Source: Podarcis tiliguerta (Eukaryota). From it: a DNA stretch of 64,000 nucleotides. Within the stretch, counting starts at the first letter, position 1. Each line of letters opens with the position of its first letter. Shown piece by piece: positions 27,661 through 42,082 of the stretch. A program made the position numbers and the translations under genes. The stretch lies in NCBI GenBank assembly GCA_965153285.1, contig OZ229110.1. One strand, written 5' to 3'. The notes beneath the pieces were generated by a model. It searched no databases. It was not told where the DNA came from and saw nothing but the letters and a program-made list of their open reading frames with translations.

Positions 27661-29029
27661 CAGAATGCCTTCTGCAACATTGCCTTCTGCAAAATAACCA
27701 AAAGCCATGTCTATATTCACAACAACCCTGAAGTGTAACCCAGCATTACCCTGTCTTGTGTGTGTTCTAGAGAAATGTTGTTGGAGGGGCAGTAACATTG
27801 ATTGCAGCAGCAGTGCACTTAAGGCTAGGGAAGGAGGGTGCAGGGAGCCTGGGGAACAAACAAACAAACAAAAAATAGCAGGTGGAAATATATAATCTGG
27901 ATGGTCATGCATAGACAGCAGGTCTGCCTGCTGAGAAACAATGGAGGAATAGACCTGGCAACAACCAGTTTCTCAAGAGGCAGGTCTGCTCACACCTCAC
28001 TGCCCCACAGTCACCAGGTCTACCAGAAATGGAAGAAGTGTTATTGGATGCTGCTTCTGTAATAGGCACATTTATTTTCTTGTTTATTTTCTTGGGAATA
28101 TTTGCTTTGGAAAAATTCCTGTGACCACTGGGCGGTATGCAACGAAGACATGCTCTGAGCAGAACCATCAAAAAAACAAGTCGCTTAAGTTTGTTGCTTT
28201 CGTAGATTCCGAAGGATCTACTCCTGAGTATGGCTGACTTTGGACATCCCCGGTCAAATCTGCAAGAGCAGAGCGCACCTCCAATTTGATCCAAGGGGAG
28301 GAAGTGTTCCTCCATTCCCAGAACAACCTGAATTAAGCACAACTGAGACCAGGGTAGCTATTTCAATCTGAGGGGCTAAGTGCAAAGCTGCCTAAGATGC
28401 AATTAGCCACTGGTGTTCTTGAGTATCCAAATCCCAGCAAATTGCTTGGAAAAGCAACCTGAATAGACTCTTTGCTTTAGCCTGGGATAAGGTAGGGATA
28501 AGTTGCTTTGTGGTGTTGGTTATGCTATAGAATGCATGCAGCTGCTGCAGAGCTTTCCCCCAGCTGTCGTGCACCGGTTTGTCACAATATACCCTGCATT
28601 TTCTTCCCACTTAACCCTCTTAACTTTCTGAGTTTCTGTGCCCAAAGGAATAGGGGTTAGTGGATCCTCAACTGTTCTTTTTTTTTTTTAAAGGGGAAAC
28701 TGCAAACAGTTGCTTGCTTCCTAGTTCATTTAGGCTTAAATTGAACAGTTTGTAGCTATTAATTAGAAGCAATATTCCAAAAGTACACTCGTCTGTGTAT
28801 ACAAAATGTTAGAAATGTGTTGCTTCATGTTTGATTTTTCTTTAAATTGCATGTGTAGAACAGCAGTTAAAAGTTTTTAAACTTGTTTTGATTTTTTAAA
28901 GTTTATGTAACCTGCCCTGAGACCTTGCGGCAAAGGGTGGGAAATAAATAAATAATAAAAGCTCATTGTTGTGCACTCTGCTGATTAGCTATAGTTAATT
29001 TAATATCCCCAGTGACAGTGAATCTGAAT

Positions 29030-29122
29030 CTTGTCCTCTGACATCCCCTTCTTCTTGTGCCCTCAATCTTTCCCAACATCAGGGTCTTTTCCAGGGAGTC
29101 TTCTCTTCTCATGATGTGGCAA
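29030..29122 (-). mobile_element. Short BovB fragment
   Basis: Reverse complement matches 5525-5615 of the BovB copy in this window. Confidence 0.8.
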
Positions 29123-29364
29123 ACCAACAAATCCTAAATATGTAAAATTCCTCTTTTATAAAGCATCTGTTTGTTTTGACACACTATTTTGACCAGAGTC
29201 ACTGTTACTGGTGTTCTAGCTTAGACTATCCAGATACAATTTACTTTTATTTCTGAAGCAGGTGGTAATGTATATTGGGGCTGGGCAATATATTGATATA
29301 TTGTCCAAAACTGGTTAGAAGTCCATATTGTGATATCAGTTGCATAATTTTTGACCTGGCAATA

Positions 29365-29894
29365 CAGTGGTACCCCGCAAGACAAATGCCTCGGAAGACG
29401 AAAAACTCGCAAGACGAAAGAGTTTTTCGTTTTCTGAGGTGCTTCGCAAGACGGATTTCCCTAAGGACTTGCTTCACTAGACGAAACGGCCCTGCCTCTC
29501 GTGTCATGGCGATGCGCACTGCACGCACGCACGCTCGCTTCCCCGCTCCTCCGGCTCCCTCCCACCTTCCCGCTGACGGTTGGTGCCTCGCGCCGCTGCC
29601 CACCCACCTTGCGCGCTCCCCTCAGAGAGCCGTTGCCACCAGCGCCTCTCTCTCCCTGGTGGCGATTCCGCCGAGTCACGCTCCTGAGCCCCGCCGCCCT
29701 CCAGCAGCCACGTCGCATGGTGGCCACAACACGCGGGTGAGTCTGAGGTACCGGCTGCGGCAGCTGTCCTGCTTCTCCCCTCCCCTCCCCGCCGTTGTCA
29801 GTGTTTAAATGCAGTGGTGCTTCGCAAGACGAAATAACTCGTGGAACGAAAAAACTCGCGGAACGAATTAATTTTGTCTTGCGAGGCACCACTG
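29365..29894. mobile_element. pogo/Tigger-like MITE carrying ~320 bp of CpG-rich cargo
   Basis: ta|cagtggtaccccgcaagac ... gtcttgcgaggcaccactg|ta; internal TIR copy at 29812. Confidence 0.88.
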
Positions 29895-29907
29895 TATGTC
29901 ACAAATC

Positions 29908-29909
<2 letters not shown>

Positions 29910-29940
<31 letters not shown>
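29910..29940. repeat. (TG)n microsatellite
   Basis: Direct read. Confidence 0.95.
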
Positions 29941-29942
<2 letters not shown>

Positions 29943-31424
29943 GCGCGCACTTTGCAAAAATCACGATGTGGGAAAAACCATGAAACCAGTCAATGCCTCT
30001 ATACAACTCCATTCTTATTTCAGACATTGTGATATATTGGTCTATCACGGTGCCACGTGACTAGACTAAAAGCCGAAAGGGGTCAAAATAGTGTGCGTGT
30101 CCCCAAACCAGAGGCTCTTCTGGTTAAGCAATAGCCACAAGACATCGTGGATTTCTTGATTAGAGAATGGCAGTTAACACCTACCATACTTTCACACTGT
30201 ATATTGCCCGATTCCAATGGATATCCATGTTTCTTGGCTATCACAATCATACTGTTACATCTGTTGCAGAACTGATTCTGGGAGCCTCATATTCTAGATG
30301 AACTATCTGGAACACACAGGCTCTGTCTGTGTAGGAGGCTCTAGGTTCTTGGACAGCTGGGCTGCATGAGAGCTGCTTCAAGATGGACCCATGTTTAAAT
30401 AAGGTAGCTTAATACATTCATCAATTTAAGAGCTCCTGGTTTGCCAGCTTCAGTAATGATGTTCAATCAGGAGTGGAATCTGTCTATTGATCTTGCTATG
30501 TTTATATATTTCCTTCAAGGAGCACAAGATGCCCTCGTGTCTTGCAGAAGTAGTGACCTCTACTTTAAGGGGCCTTCTAAAAAGCAGGCAGTTTTGAAAC
30601 TTTGCATTGTTTTTTGAACAGGTTTGTTGCGATGGGGTAAAGGAAGTGGTTAAAGCTTGTTAAAACTTAGCTAAAAATATCAGTGGAGGTTTTTGGTTGC
30701 AATCCATGCCTCTTGAAAGGAAGCTTTAACACCCTGTATCAGAAGGACTGAGTGATTGTCATTTAAACAAACAAAACAGAAGTTTGGATTGCAGCTTACG
30801 CAGTTAACTGCAACAGCACCAAATAACGATGTGGTAATGCTTGGGGGAGAGTTTGCTAACTAGGTAGCACGAGAGGGCTCAGAGTTCGAAAGAGATCCAT
30901 GTTTACTGCTACAGACTGTGCCACTTGAAAGATCAGAGAATATTTTTCTTGTATGTAGGGGGCGGCACCAGCCTTATATTTACAGCAAATTATAACAATC
31001 ATGGAGTGAATTGTGTGTGAGGTAACTTTAAATTGAGGTATTTTCTGCACAGAAGTGGATAATACTCATTTCATACACCCACTCAGGGCTTTTTTTCCAG
31101 CCGGAACTTGCTGGAACTCAGGTGGGTGCCACTGCTATTCTAAGAGAGCAAGGGAGGTGTTCGTGGTGAGTTCCGGCACCTCTGCACTGCACCCACTAAT
31201 TATATTTATGTGTCTTGCTTTTAAGTGAATTTCTTATTGTGTAATGGCGATGAGTTTCAATTGTATTATGTCTCATTGAAATCAGTTATGATGAAGGGTA
31301 AATTAGAAATGTTCTAAAGATGAATGGATGAGGTGCAGCCTTATTCCCAGTTGGAGATGGGCAGTGAAGTGGTGGATTGCCGCTGAATTTTCACACTGCT
31401 TCTGAGGAACGTGGAGCCTCTATA

Positions 31425-31750
31425 ACTGGGGTCCCTAAACTAAGGCCTGCGGGCCGGATAAGCCCCAAGGGACTCATTTATCTGGTCCGTGGTAACCCCG
31501 CGGCCCGCTGCCACACCTGTTCTTACCAGCGCTGCGCTGCGTGGCTGCCCGCTTCTGGGTCGGAGGAGTACTGGAAATGGCTTGGGCGCATGTGCAAGCA
31601 TTATTTCTGGTGCACATCGGGTCAGAGGAGGCCTGTGCACATGCACACAAGCTATTTCTGGTGCTCCTCTGACCTGGAAGTGCACTGGAAATAGCGTGTG
31701 CACACGCGCTCCCCGCGCGATCGGCGCTGGAAACACCGGCCTGAGGTGTG
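31425..31750. mobile_element. hAT-like element, left part, with internal repeats
   Basis: ggggtccctaaactaaggcctgcgggccggat start; repeated gcacatg..tatttctggtgc units; right TIR not found. Confidence 0.5.
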
Positions 31751-34087
31751 GTACGTTTGCTGACCTCTGCTCTATGAAGTGTACTGGGAACATTCCCCTT
31801 TCCGGCTGCAAAGAGACCTGGAACTCACCAAAGGCAGGAAGGGATGCTTAGAACAATGAGTGGTAGAAATCAAATCTGTTGACTCTTTGTTTTTTTAATG
31901 ACAACTAAATCCCCTTTGTAGAGCCTACGGGCCTCTGGCAAGTGATGGCTGTAAATTCACGTGCAAACACCATGTTAGCTCTATAAACAGGTATGTGTTG
32001 TAATGGGTATTGCCAGTGACATGTCTGTGCATCAATTTCAAAAGTTTGTAGCTATATTAAGATAGTTTCAGTTTTTCAGTATGAAAACACAAATTTTTCT
32101 AGCGAGTCAGGGTAGTAAAATGGCACTATATAGTGAGACCACTTCCCTTTGGGGTTAATCTGGTAACTCCCTGGCATGCTGCATTCCATTCATTTTGTAG
32201 TTAACTCAAGCATGTCCTTCCACTACTACTTTAAGCTGCAACCCAAGAGGTTTGGAGATCCTGCCTTCTTGAAAAGGGTCTTTTGTTTGTTAGATGGGAA
32301 TTGATAAAGAGCGATAACAAGAGAATGCCATTTTTGTCCACAGAACTGCACATTGGGCTTTTTTGGACGATCCTCACCAGTTTGGGAGGTAAATCTGTAG
32401 GGGTGAGGGTTAGAGCTTGGATGAGCAACATAGCTTTAAATAGGTGTCCTGATGAGCTCTCAAAGCTAAGTTTGCAGTGATATTTTAAACAGTTTTATGA
32501 ATTTGAGAAAGCTCGAGCTATTTCAAAACATGTAAGAGTTTGTTATATAACCCTTTCTGAAAGGATACATTGGAATTGATTTTCTGCTAGCAAAGCTTGG
32601 AAGCTGTGAAGGGAGTGAGTTGAGCATGCCATCTTTGTGCAAATGGGATAATTTGCACCAAATGACTGAACAAATAACAGAGAGAGAGAGAGCACCCAAA
32701 ATATGCTTGGCTGCCACTCAACTACATGGGACCTCAGCGCACATACCTGTGTGCTGGATGGGCCAAGCACTCGATTGTAGACTTCCTTCATACAGATAGC
32801 AGTGTTTATCCTTTATGCACAGCCACAGCACTCCTCCAACTACAGGGCGACAGCTGTCAGTGCTTTAATAGTTTGGTTTCGTGCCCTATAATTACAGCAA
32901 ACCTGCTGTTGGAGAGAAGGGAGCAGGAAAAACAATCCTCCTCTTCTTCCCCACTTCTTCATGGTATACTTAAGGAAGATCAAGCTGTCAAGAGGCCTGC
33001 CTTCCACTGACCTTTATTAAGCAAGGGGATAATACTCTGTACCTTCTCCCATCTGGAATGTCGCAGTATGGAAGGAGCCGAATTTGCCTCTTGGTCAACA
33101 ATGTGTTGAAACGGCCTTTTAAAAAGTGCAGTGTGTGTGGAGAGAATCGGTGTGCTTGGACAGCAGTTGCTGTCCTTACTGCGTGTCCTGGATGCATAGG
33201 AGTGAGAGATGTGCCTACAATGAGTTCCTTATCCTAGACAACAAACCTCTTGCAGGAATTGTCCAGTGGTGATTTGGAAGGTGAAGCAGAAGTGGGTGAG
33301 GAAGGTGGAGGGGGCATTGTCGAAAGGGGGAGGGGTAGAGGGTGAAGGCTAAACATTGTGACAGCTGCACAAATGGCAGAAATCAACAGGTAAATTTGTA
33401 CCTTATGGAAAGTACAGCGATGGGGAAAGTTGCTGTTGTTTTTCTGCCTGCTGTGCGATTGTTAAAAAGGCTCAAAAGCATCTACCCCTTTCAAAAATTG
33501 GCAACTCTAAAAGTGCTCAAATTGCAACATGTTGCAATGAAGGATTAATTTCTAGCTCTCCATTCCAAATAGGTAATAAGTGAGCTACACACATTAGCGA
33601 TCTGATTTTGGGTTTGATCATTAAAGAGGCCAATAGGTAAAGCTGGAGTGTGTACACTTTTGGGTAGCTTCTCAGCAAAGCTCCATCCAGTGTTGGGTGA
33701 AGCAAGGAATGTGACCCTTGCCTTTGGACAACCAACTCCATTCTAGTCATAAGTTTCTACACCCCTCATCCCTTCATCCTTCATCCAGGGAAGAGGCACA
33801 ACTGTAGTTCATGAACAGGTTAAACCCAGGCAAAAACACTTAAGGAGGGTGCAAAACACTTAAGGAGGGGCATGGCATGGGGAGAGTCCTGAGGGCCACA
33901 GGCCTTCCAGGCCACATTCAGTCCAAGAGTCTACTCCCCTGCAATACAGCACTTTCATAGATGCTAACTTTGTGTTCTTTCATTTACCAAAAGCAAAAAA
34001 AGTGCCAAAGAACAACTCAGAGCTAGTTCTGTGGCACAAGTGCACAGCTGACAGCTCACCAGGTGTCTCAACAGGAATAGTACTTGC

Positions 34088-34089
<2 letters not shown>

Positions 34090-34121
<32 letters not shown>
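34090..34121. repeat. (CA)n microsatellite
   Basis: Direct read. Confidence 0.95.
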
Positions 34122-34124
<3 letters not shown>

Positions 34125-34654
34125 TTAAACTGATAACTTTTATAGAAAGTGAACATAATAACCAGTGTGCATTTGGGATTCTCTTCTGTTTGATATTCTG
34201 TAGAAGCTTCTCTTAAAATACTTCTAAGTAGTTTAATTTGGAGCTCAGAGGCACCAATACCCAGTTGTATGGCTGCTACAGGCAAGCTTTCATTTGACCA
34301 ACAAATACATGTTAAGCTTGGGAGCATTTATTATATGTTAAGCATTGCTTCTCCTTTGCTCATGGAAATTGGGCTGCCTGCAATAGCAAACAAATGCATT
34401 ATCTCCTCCTGTCTCAGTTCCTATGAGTTCTTGCTGTAGAAACCTCTCATGTCCACACCGGGTCTGGAAAGTGGTGCTCATTCTGGGCAGCAAGCCTAGT
34501 CCAACTGGGAAATGATATCTTTGTAGATTTAACAATTATAGTTTTATATCTGGCTAGGTGCAAGTGTGTATGTATGTATGTATAATTAAAAGATGTATGT
34601 GTAATTAAAAGGGGCATTCCTGGAAGTGGTGATCCAGAAGACAATGCACTATGA

Positions 34655-34790
34655 CAGGCATAGGCAAACTGGGCCCTCCAGATGTCTTGGGACCACAACT
34701 CCCATCATCCCTGACCACTGGTCCTGTTAGCTAGGGATGGTGGGAGTTGTAGTCTCAAAACATCTGGAGGGCCCAGTTTGCCTATGCCTG
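34655..34790. mobile_element. 136-bp palindromic hAT MITE (URR1-like)
   Basis: 31-bp perfect TIR caggcataggcaaactgggccctccagatgt; 8-bp TSD cactatga/cactatgc. Confidence 0.92.
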
Positions 34791-37700
34791 CACTATGCAG
34801 TATGAAATAAGTACTTGCTAGCAGTTGACTGGCATTTTATATTTCAAATAAATCCAAAATTTAGAAGCTCCAGATGCCTTGGGTTTTTTTTATTACATGA
34901 TTTGGGTTTGTCACTATTATTATAAGCTCCAATATTCAGCAGGGCATTTTGGCAACCTTATGACCCTGGAGCTGTATTGAAGTAAAGAGCCCCTTTGAAA
35001 GCCATTCTAGTATTCAGAGTCTTGTGTGTCTATGCATTGCATTCTCTTCTCCATTCATTCTTCTACTTTTAGATCCTCAGCAAGGCTTTCACACAGGTTA
35101 TCTGTAACCTGAGAACAACTCACATGTGGGAACTTACTCATGCAAATAACAAGAAATGAAAATAAGTTGGGGCAGGAGCCCTCAAGGGGAAGTACCTTTT
35201 TGGAAAGCCCCAGCAGTAACTATCTTAATAAACATCTGTTGCTATTAAAGGGGCTGAATTTTCTCCTGATTATCTGACTGATTTCCCCTCATGTGCCCTG
35301 AACTCTTAAAGTAGGAAAGTCTTTAGTGGAGTTTTGTAATGCAAGCTTCACATCTGGCTTACTCCTGGAGTCTAGACTTAATGGTCTATGGCTCTGAAAT
35401 CAGTAGGCATGGTGAGCCACTCTCACTTTTTGTAACTACAAACTACTTTGCATAGATCTATATTGATTGCGGAGCTGTGGATAAAAACAAAGCTGAGCGG
35501 TCAACGTTTATAGTTTTAAACTTTCAAGATAAAATTTCCCTGCGTGCATCAACACTGAACACCATCCAATCAGCACTAGAACTTTACTTAATATAGTTAT
35601 GGAGGGGAAGCCCACCCAGCACCAATAATTCCAAAAAATCCCAAGCCCATGGCATGCGCAGTGCTCAAACATCCCTATAGTGGCTACTTGTAGACATCTG
35701 GTTCTCCGATACATTTATGGTTCTTGGAAATCTTGTGTGTGTGTATAAGTGTGTAAGTTTTGTTTGTTTTTGAAGTTCCTAGTATTACTCCTTTTATTCT
35801 GGAATTTGATAGATAACAGTGGTTACATCTGACTTTCTAGAGCTTTTTCATGCAGATACTTCCAAATTTGATAGGTTTACTCTTCATCTCGAGATTGTCC
35901 AGTTGTAACACTTCATTAGCCCAACCAAACATGTTTATTTGTATTATGTTAACATTGTAATAACTGTAAAGTGATTGGCTGTGAACTGCAGGTATTTACA
36001 TTCCCATCTGGAATGGTACCAGACACACTTGGCTAAGGAAGTCTTGAGTTTCTGCTCAGGGAGTAGGGCATTGGTTAATACAAAGCAGTAGTGGGCTCCC
36101 GAACTTTAACAGCAGCAATGTGTGTTGTTAACTTCTTGCAGTCTTTTGGAAAAAAAGTGGTTAAGGTATTTTTGACTGTTGTGTGGCTTACAGTAGATAA
36201 AGGTTTTTACACATTTTCTTACTGAGCAGTTGTTCATTCTGTTAATGGCAGCGTATAATTTGTGGCTCAGCATGGGGAGAGGGAACCATTCAGTAAAGAG
36301 AATAAAGCTGCTTGTCAACTCTCATTCCCAGTGTATACTTCTAGTCACTATGATGTTAGAGTAATCTCTCTGATTTGTGTATTTATCTCTAGTGTCATCA
36401 GACATTGTACTAATACCTTTTGTTAACTTAATCTCAGTGGTTCTGATCATTTTAGCAAAGTCTGATCCAGCAAACAATGACATAGGGAACTAACCACACA
36501 CTGTTGAGGCAGAGTCTTTATAAATATTAATTTCTCCACTAATGCTTAGTCATTAAAAAACAACAACCTGTTCTCCAGTAATGTAAAGCATAAAAGAAGC
36601 AAGGGTCAACAGTAACCAATCTGTTCTGGTTGGAGCATAAAGAGTCAATGATCTTTCTGTCCGATTCATCTATTCCTGGTATCCAATGCACTTGTCCCAA
36701 TTAGAGCAAGGATTTATGCTTGAGCAATGGAACTTTCTCCCTTATGTTCTCCCTACCCTCACCGGATCTGCTCTGGAGAGTTGGGGTAACCCCTGTAACA
36801 TATTAAGGGGCTGCAAAGTAGGAGAAGAGGGGGAAAGTTCCCTTTCACATGCATAAATCTGTCTTCAATGGAACAAGTTCTGTAGTGCTACATTGGAAGC
36901 ATGCATTTGGCACAAATAGTTTGATAGAGCGTATACTGCAGAAGATGCACCAGCCAAAACAGGTTTTCAAAGAATGGCTATGTTGTGAGAACAGACACTA
37001 TGGCAGAAGTATGGAATGTCCATCTGATGGGTTTCCAGGTAGTCCTTCCACAATATACTTCATCGCGACTGGTTCTTGGTAGGCAAGAATAAATATCTGA
37101 AAGCAGATGCTTTCATCAGAGTGTCATACATTTTATGTTACCACCAGTTGCTAAACGTTTATTCTAAGCTTCCCCTGTCCTGCAGAAAACAATTTTGGTA
37201 CAACTCTCGCCAACAGTCCTGGGACTCTTTTTGGAAGGAAGGAAATGGAAAGTGACAATGGAGGAAAGAGGGAGGAGGGGTAAGCAACAGGGAAAGAAGG
37301 GGAAAGTGGCCTGGAGAAGCAGTATAAGTAAGGGTGCCACGGGGAGGACTTGACACAGTACAAAATTCTTCACTTTTTACTTCTTATAATTTTCTCACCC
37401 ACCTCTTGTTTTATTAAACCTCATGTCCAGCTACACAAAAATGTAGTTTCTACTGAACAGTCCTCACCCACCCAACTGTAAAAAAAATTAAAAAAAAAAT
37501 GCCTCTCTGCATGTTACAATAAACTCTGACCTGACTGGCATTTTTGAAATACCATTCAGACTAACAATAATGCTGAAATAAAGGATTATTGAAATAAAGG
37601 TCCTGCCACTTGTAGCTGAAAAGCAGTAGCGCCACAAGAAAAATGTCAGGTCTGCTTCGTTGGTATATGTAGAAGCAGCAAGGAGTGACAGAAAGAGCTT

Positions 37701-40700
37701 TGAAACACTTGCATGAATAAAATATAGGGTGAGGAAGACGGTTGCCGGCTTCTGTTAACACCCTCATCCCTAAGCATGTGTGAATCTGAATCTTAGCCCA
37801 CAGAGTGACAGAGTGTTCTTGACTACAGGCATCTCCCCACTTGCTCACGGTCAGCATGTGACATATGTGGGCCCACTGACACACACACCGAAAACAGCGC
37901 TGCAGGGGGTGGTGGGGCAGAATGGACTGGGGCAGGGTTGGAATGGGGGAATCCCCACTTGTGTGCGAACCAGAATGGAGCCCCCACATAAGTGAGGATT
38001 CTCCTGTACTTACACATGCACAAGCATGGTTGCTCACAGTAGGTAGAAATTGCTACCATGTTGGCAGAGGTGGATTTAGGGGACCGCCGCTGGTTTGGTC
38101 ACACTAGGCATGGAGCCTTGATGCTGCTGCAGGGGATGCCGCAAGCATGATTCAGAATGGAGCACCAGACGCGAGGAGGCGAATTTTGGTGTCGCACTGG
38201 GTGCCACTGCAATGTGAGATCCCAAAGTCCACTGATGTGATGAAAGTGTTGTGTGCTGGAATGAAATTGGTTCTTGGTCTCTTGATTTCTCCTCCTCTTT
38301 TCGTAGGTTGGTGATGCACTTCGAGTTATTGGACAAAATGCACATGGGCAAGTGGTCTGTTAAAATGTTGTTTCCTAGTGACTTTGTGGACTTAACTTTT
38401 GGAATAGCCTTGCAAGTATTTGAAAGATAAACTGCTGGTTCCAGTTGTTTAGATTTAATCAAACACAGAATTATACGCCCATAAATATGTATTGGAAACC
38501 AAGGATAAGACATCCATATAAAATGAACTTGAATATGCCCATGTGTGCTCTGGAGCTATTCTCCTTAAGGTAGGTAGACTTGGGCTTAACACTATGCTTC
38601 TGATTTGGACATGGAAGCATACCCAGGAAAGTAAAGACACGAGGGGCATTTTGCAGTGCTTGCCTGCCTTTACTGAGAGGATAAGAACAGTCATAGATAG
38701 CTGCATGCAGATAACTTATGTTACAACTAGCCATGGGTTACAATCGTTAGCAGGTGGGGTAAGTGTCTGGGTATTCTTGACCGTATCCCAACCACAGGGG
38801 AGCTCATTCCCAATGTTTGCCCCATTGGCTGCGCTCAACCTGCTGCTGCTTCAGTTCTGCAAGGTTTCCCAGTGCTAATTGCAACCGTAAGGATAGTATT
38901 AGTTGTTTTCTGTCTACATGAATCGGTTGTACTTTACAAATTGTTCCCTAGATAGTAAAAGCTTTACAAGAATCTCTCTCTGTGTGTTTAGAGCTGAGAA
39001 ATAATTGACCTGTGACTTTGGCAAGGTGAACCATCATGAAAGGATGTGGGACGTGAGGCATAGACACTGATTTTGTTTCACTGCTATCCTATTTTTATAA
39101 ATATTATGAATCTAATACAGTGTTCTTTTTTTATCATGAGTTCTATTAGGTGAATTATTATCAATAGCAGGGATGATCTTTATGAGCAACATGTAATTGA
39201 ATGCATAGTCTCAGGGGAGAAAGTCCATAATGAACCCTAGTCAGAGGATTGATCAATAGTAAGAACCAGCTATTAATCAACTACTTTAATTAGACTTGCT
39301 ATTCTGAAATGCTTCATTTCTGTACAAGTACCACTGTTTCTGGGACAAAGCATTTTTCTTTTCATTGGGGTTGGAGGGGGAATCTAACAGTGACTTGAAA
39401 CCAGATGCTATATGGCTATAGACCATGTGATTGGTGGCTCAAATAAATGTGTTCAGGTAGCCTTTGACCTCATATCTTTTGTATGCCCTGACATTATATT
39501 TACTTAATGGATTTTGCTGGGCAGAAGATATAAAAGCAATTAGAACCTAGACGCAGCCTTTTATATGTAAGCAATTTGTGACATCTGAATTAGTCTCCCC
39601 CCCTTTTTTTGCAGGAGTTACACCTGCCAAAAAACCAGCAGCCTTGTGCTGCTTTTCTATAGTCCCCCACCCCAAAATAGAAGCCTGAGAGCTTCTTGCC
39701 ATTCTAAAACTTGGGTTAGGGAAACTGGGTCAATATGAGCGGTCTTTGTTCCAGTGTTTAATGACAGGGGGTGCCCAAAGCAGTAGCCTTAAATTGATAT
39801 TTTTTCAATGCACAAAGCCAATTATGGCTTTTTGCTCCTTACAAGTATTTTTAAACTGTCCTTGAAACACGCACAATGTGAGGAATGTGATCTTGAGGTA
39901 AGACACAATTGTAGTTGTTGCTGCAGTATGAGCCTGACTTCCTAGAACTCAAGTGCCAGTTCAGGGTAGTTTTTCTCTTACCCTCCCTTAATGCTGATCT
40001 AAAAAACAAAATGTATACATTGTGAGGCCTCCCTTTTTTGGCAGACGACTAGCTCTTTGAAATACTGTAACTTTGAAGTTGCATTAGAATATCAAAGGCA
40101 GCTTGTTGCGCTTACTAATTCTAAAAATACAGTTTCTCCTGCCACTTACGAGGTTTATACTTTAAACAGGGAATTTCTGCCTGAACAGATACACACCAAA
40201 TCTTTGCTCTCTGTGTCTTTCTAACTGTCTATGTAGCTTTGTCTTCTGTATTGACTCCAGGAAAATAGGTACTCATGTTTTCTGGTTGTATGCCACCATG
40301 GCAGTGACTTTGCATGAATGTGAAACATGTATTGCTTTGTAGGAAAGCTGTTGGGTGGAGAAGTGAACCTTTAAAATATTGAGAATAAAGTGTGTGTGTT
40401 TTTAACATGGACTTTGATCTGAGTAGGAGAGTTATGGTAATGCAACCACCCATTGTGTTGAAACTGAGGCATCTCCCTAAAGGTCTTAATTATCCCAAGT
40501 AGGCAGAATGTTTAAAACCTCATCGTTTGTGTGGTTGGTGTAGGATCATTTCTAGTTAAAATTGCCTGAGGATGTGGATAGGATACTTGCAGTGCTGTGC
40601 CTGTTCAGTCACCCCACCCTGGTTAGCTTTAATAAGCTAGGATGGACAGGGCTCTAATGTGGTTGGGCGCATCAGGTAGATCCTGAAACTATAATTCTGG

Positions 40701-42082
40701 AAATAACTCATTGTAGGTATATGACATTGCTGCTGCCATGAGGGCTGCTCCCTGTTGCAAGGCTCATTTATTATATTGTCCAGTGATATCTCCTTTTTGG
40801 TCTGAAGTTCCTGTCCCTATGAATCTTGTACTTGCAAAATCATTGATATTTGCAGGTGTTAGTGTCATTTTAAATTATATCCCTGCAGGATGGGGACAAA
40901 TGGCAGGACAACAGTGGATTTTATATGGTTGCTAAGTGACTTATACTTTGAGCTTAGAAGGGTAAATACTCACCATCGATGGTCTAAATACCATAATGCC
41001 CTTGCTACAACTGAGCACATTTTGTTTGAATGCATACAGAGACATTTGGATGGCATAGATCAATCTGTATATGCAAATTAGGTTGAATGCATTGGTGTTG
41101 GATGTCGTGTGAATGTGAGGATGATTTTGTGTGTGTTTTTCCATTTGTGCATGTGTGTCTCTTGTCTCTTTTTTAAAACATAAATTTTCAATGGTCCTCT
41201 CTTAACAACACTTACCACCTATAACAAGGATTATTTGGGAGAAGCTATGATTGTTTAAACGGGTATGATACCACTTTAAATGTGTAGTGCATATGGGGCC
41301 CTAAAGTCACACCTTCTATTGCAGAGAGGTCATTGGTGCCCCCATGTTTTCACTGTTAATGGGCTGAAGATAGCTAGTCTTCCTTATTTAGTCTTTTGCT
41401 TTGTCTTGGGGATTTGCATAAGTAATGAACATGTGTTAACTATTCAATAATTGGATGCTATAACTCAGTAAGGTGTATAGTGTGATTCTGCAAACCTGAA
41501 GCCAGTGAGGGTTAAAGATTCTTCTTGAAAAGACAGAAGTAAAATCAGTTAAGGATTTGGAGTTACGTTTGGCCAGGGCTGCATTTCCCCTTAAAAATAA
41601 AATTTTCCTTGTATGACTCCTTTGGAATTGAGTGCCACTATGGGATGTCAAAGTGGCAGCAGTGGTCAGGGTCTCTCTTCAGTTGATTATGTCAGCTGCT
41701 TCCCTTTCTGGAGAAAACAGACCTGGCCATGGTTATTCATACTCTTTACTCTACTTATACTTAAATTATATTGTGTACTGTGCCCTAGTTGAGGCTGCCT
41801 TGAAAAGTGTTAGGAAGCTTCAGTTGACTCAGAATATGTCAATGAGATTGTTTTTCTGACGGAAGGCAGACAGTAGTTCTGATCATACCACCCCAATGCT
41901 GTTCCAACTGCATTGATTGACAACATGGTACTGGCTCCAGTTCATTGTGGTGGTCATGATGGGGGATTGCTTTGTTCCACATCCACTCTACACGTTTCAG
42001 GAGAAGCCCTGTTGATTTGGCTTCTTGTAATCAGAAATGTGATTGGTGGGAGCATGTGAAAACAACACAGTAGCCAGTCTCA

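Noticed and set aside
37130-37435. LTR-like stretch (purine-rich, TATAA, ATTAAA, ending in CA)
   Set aside because: No matching TG start with a TSD could be found
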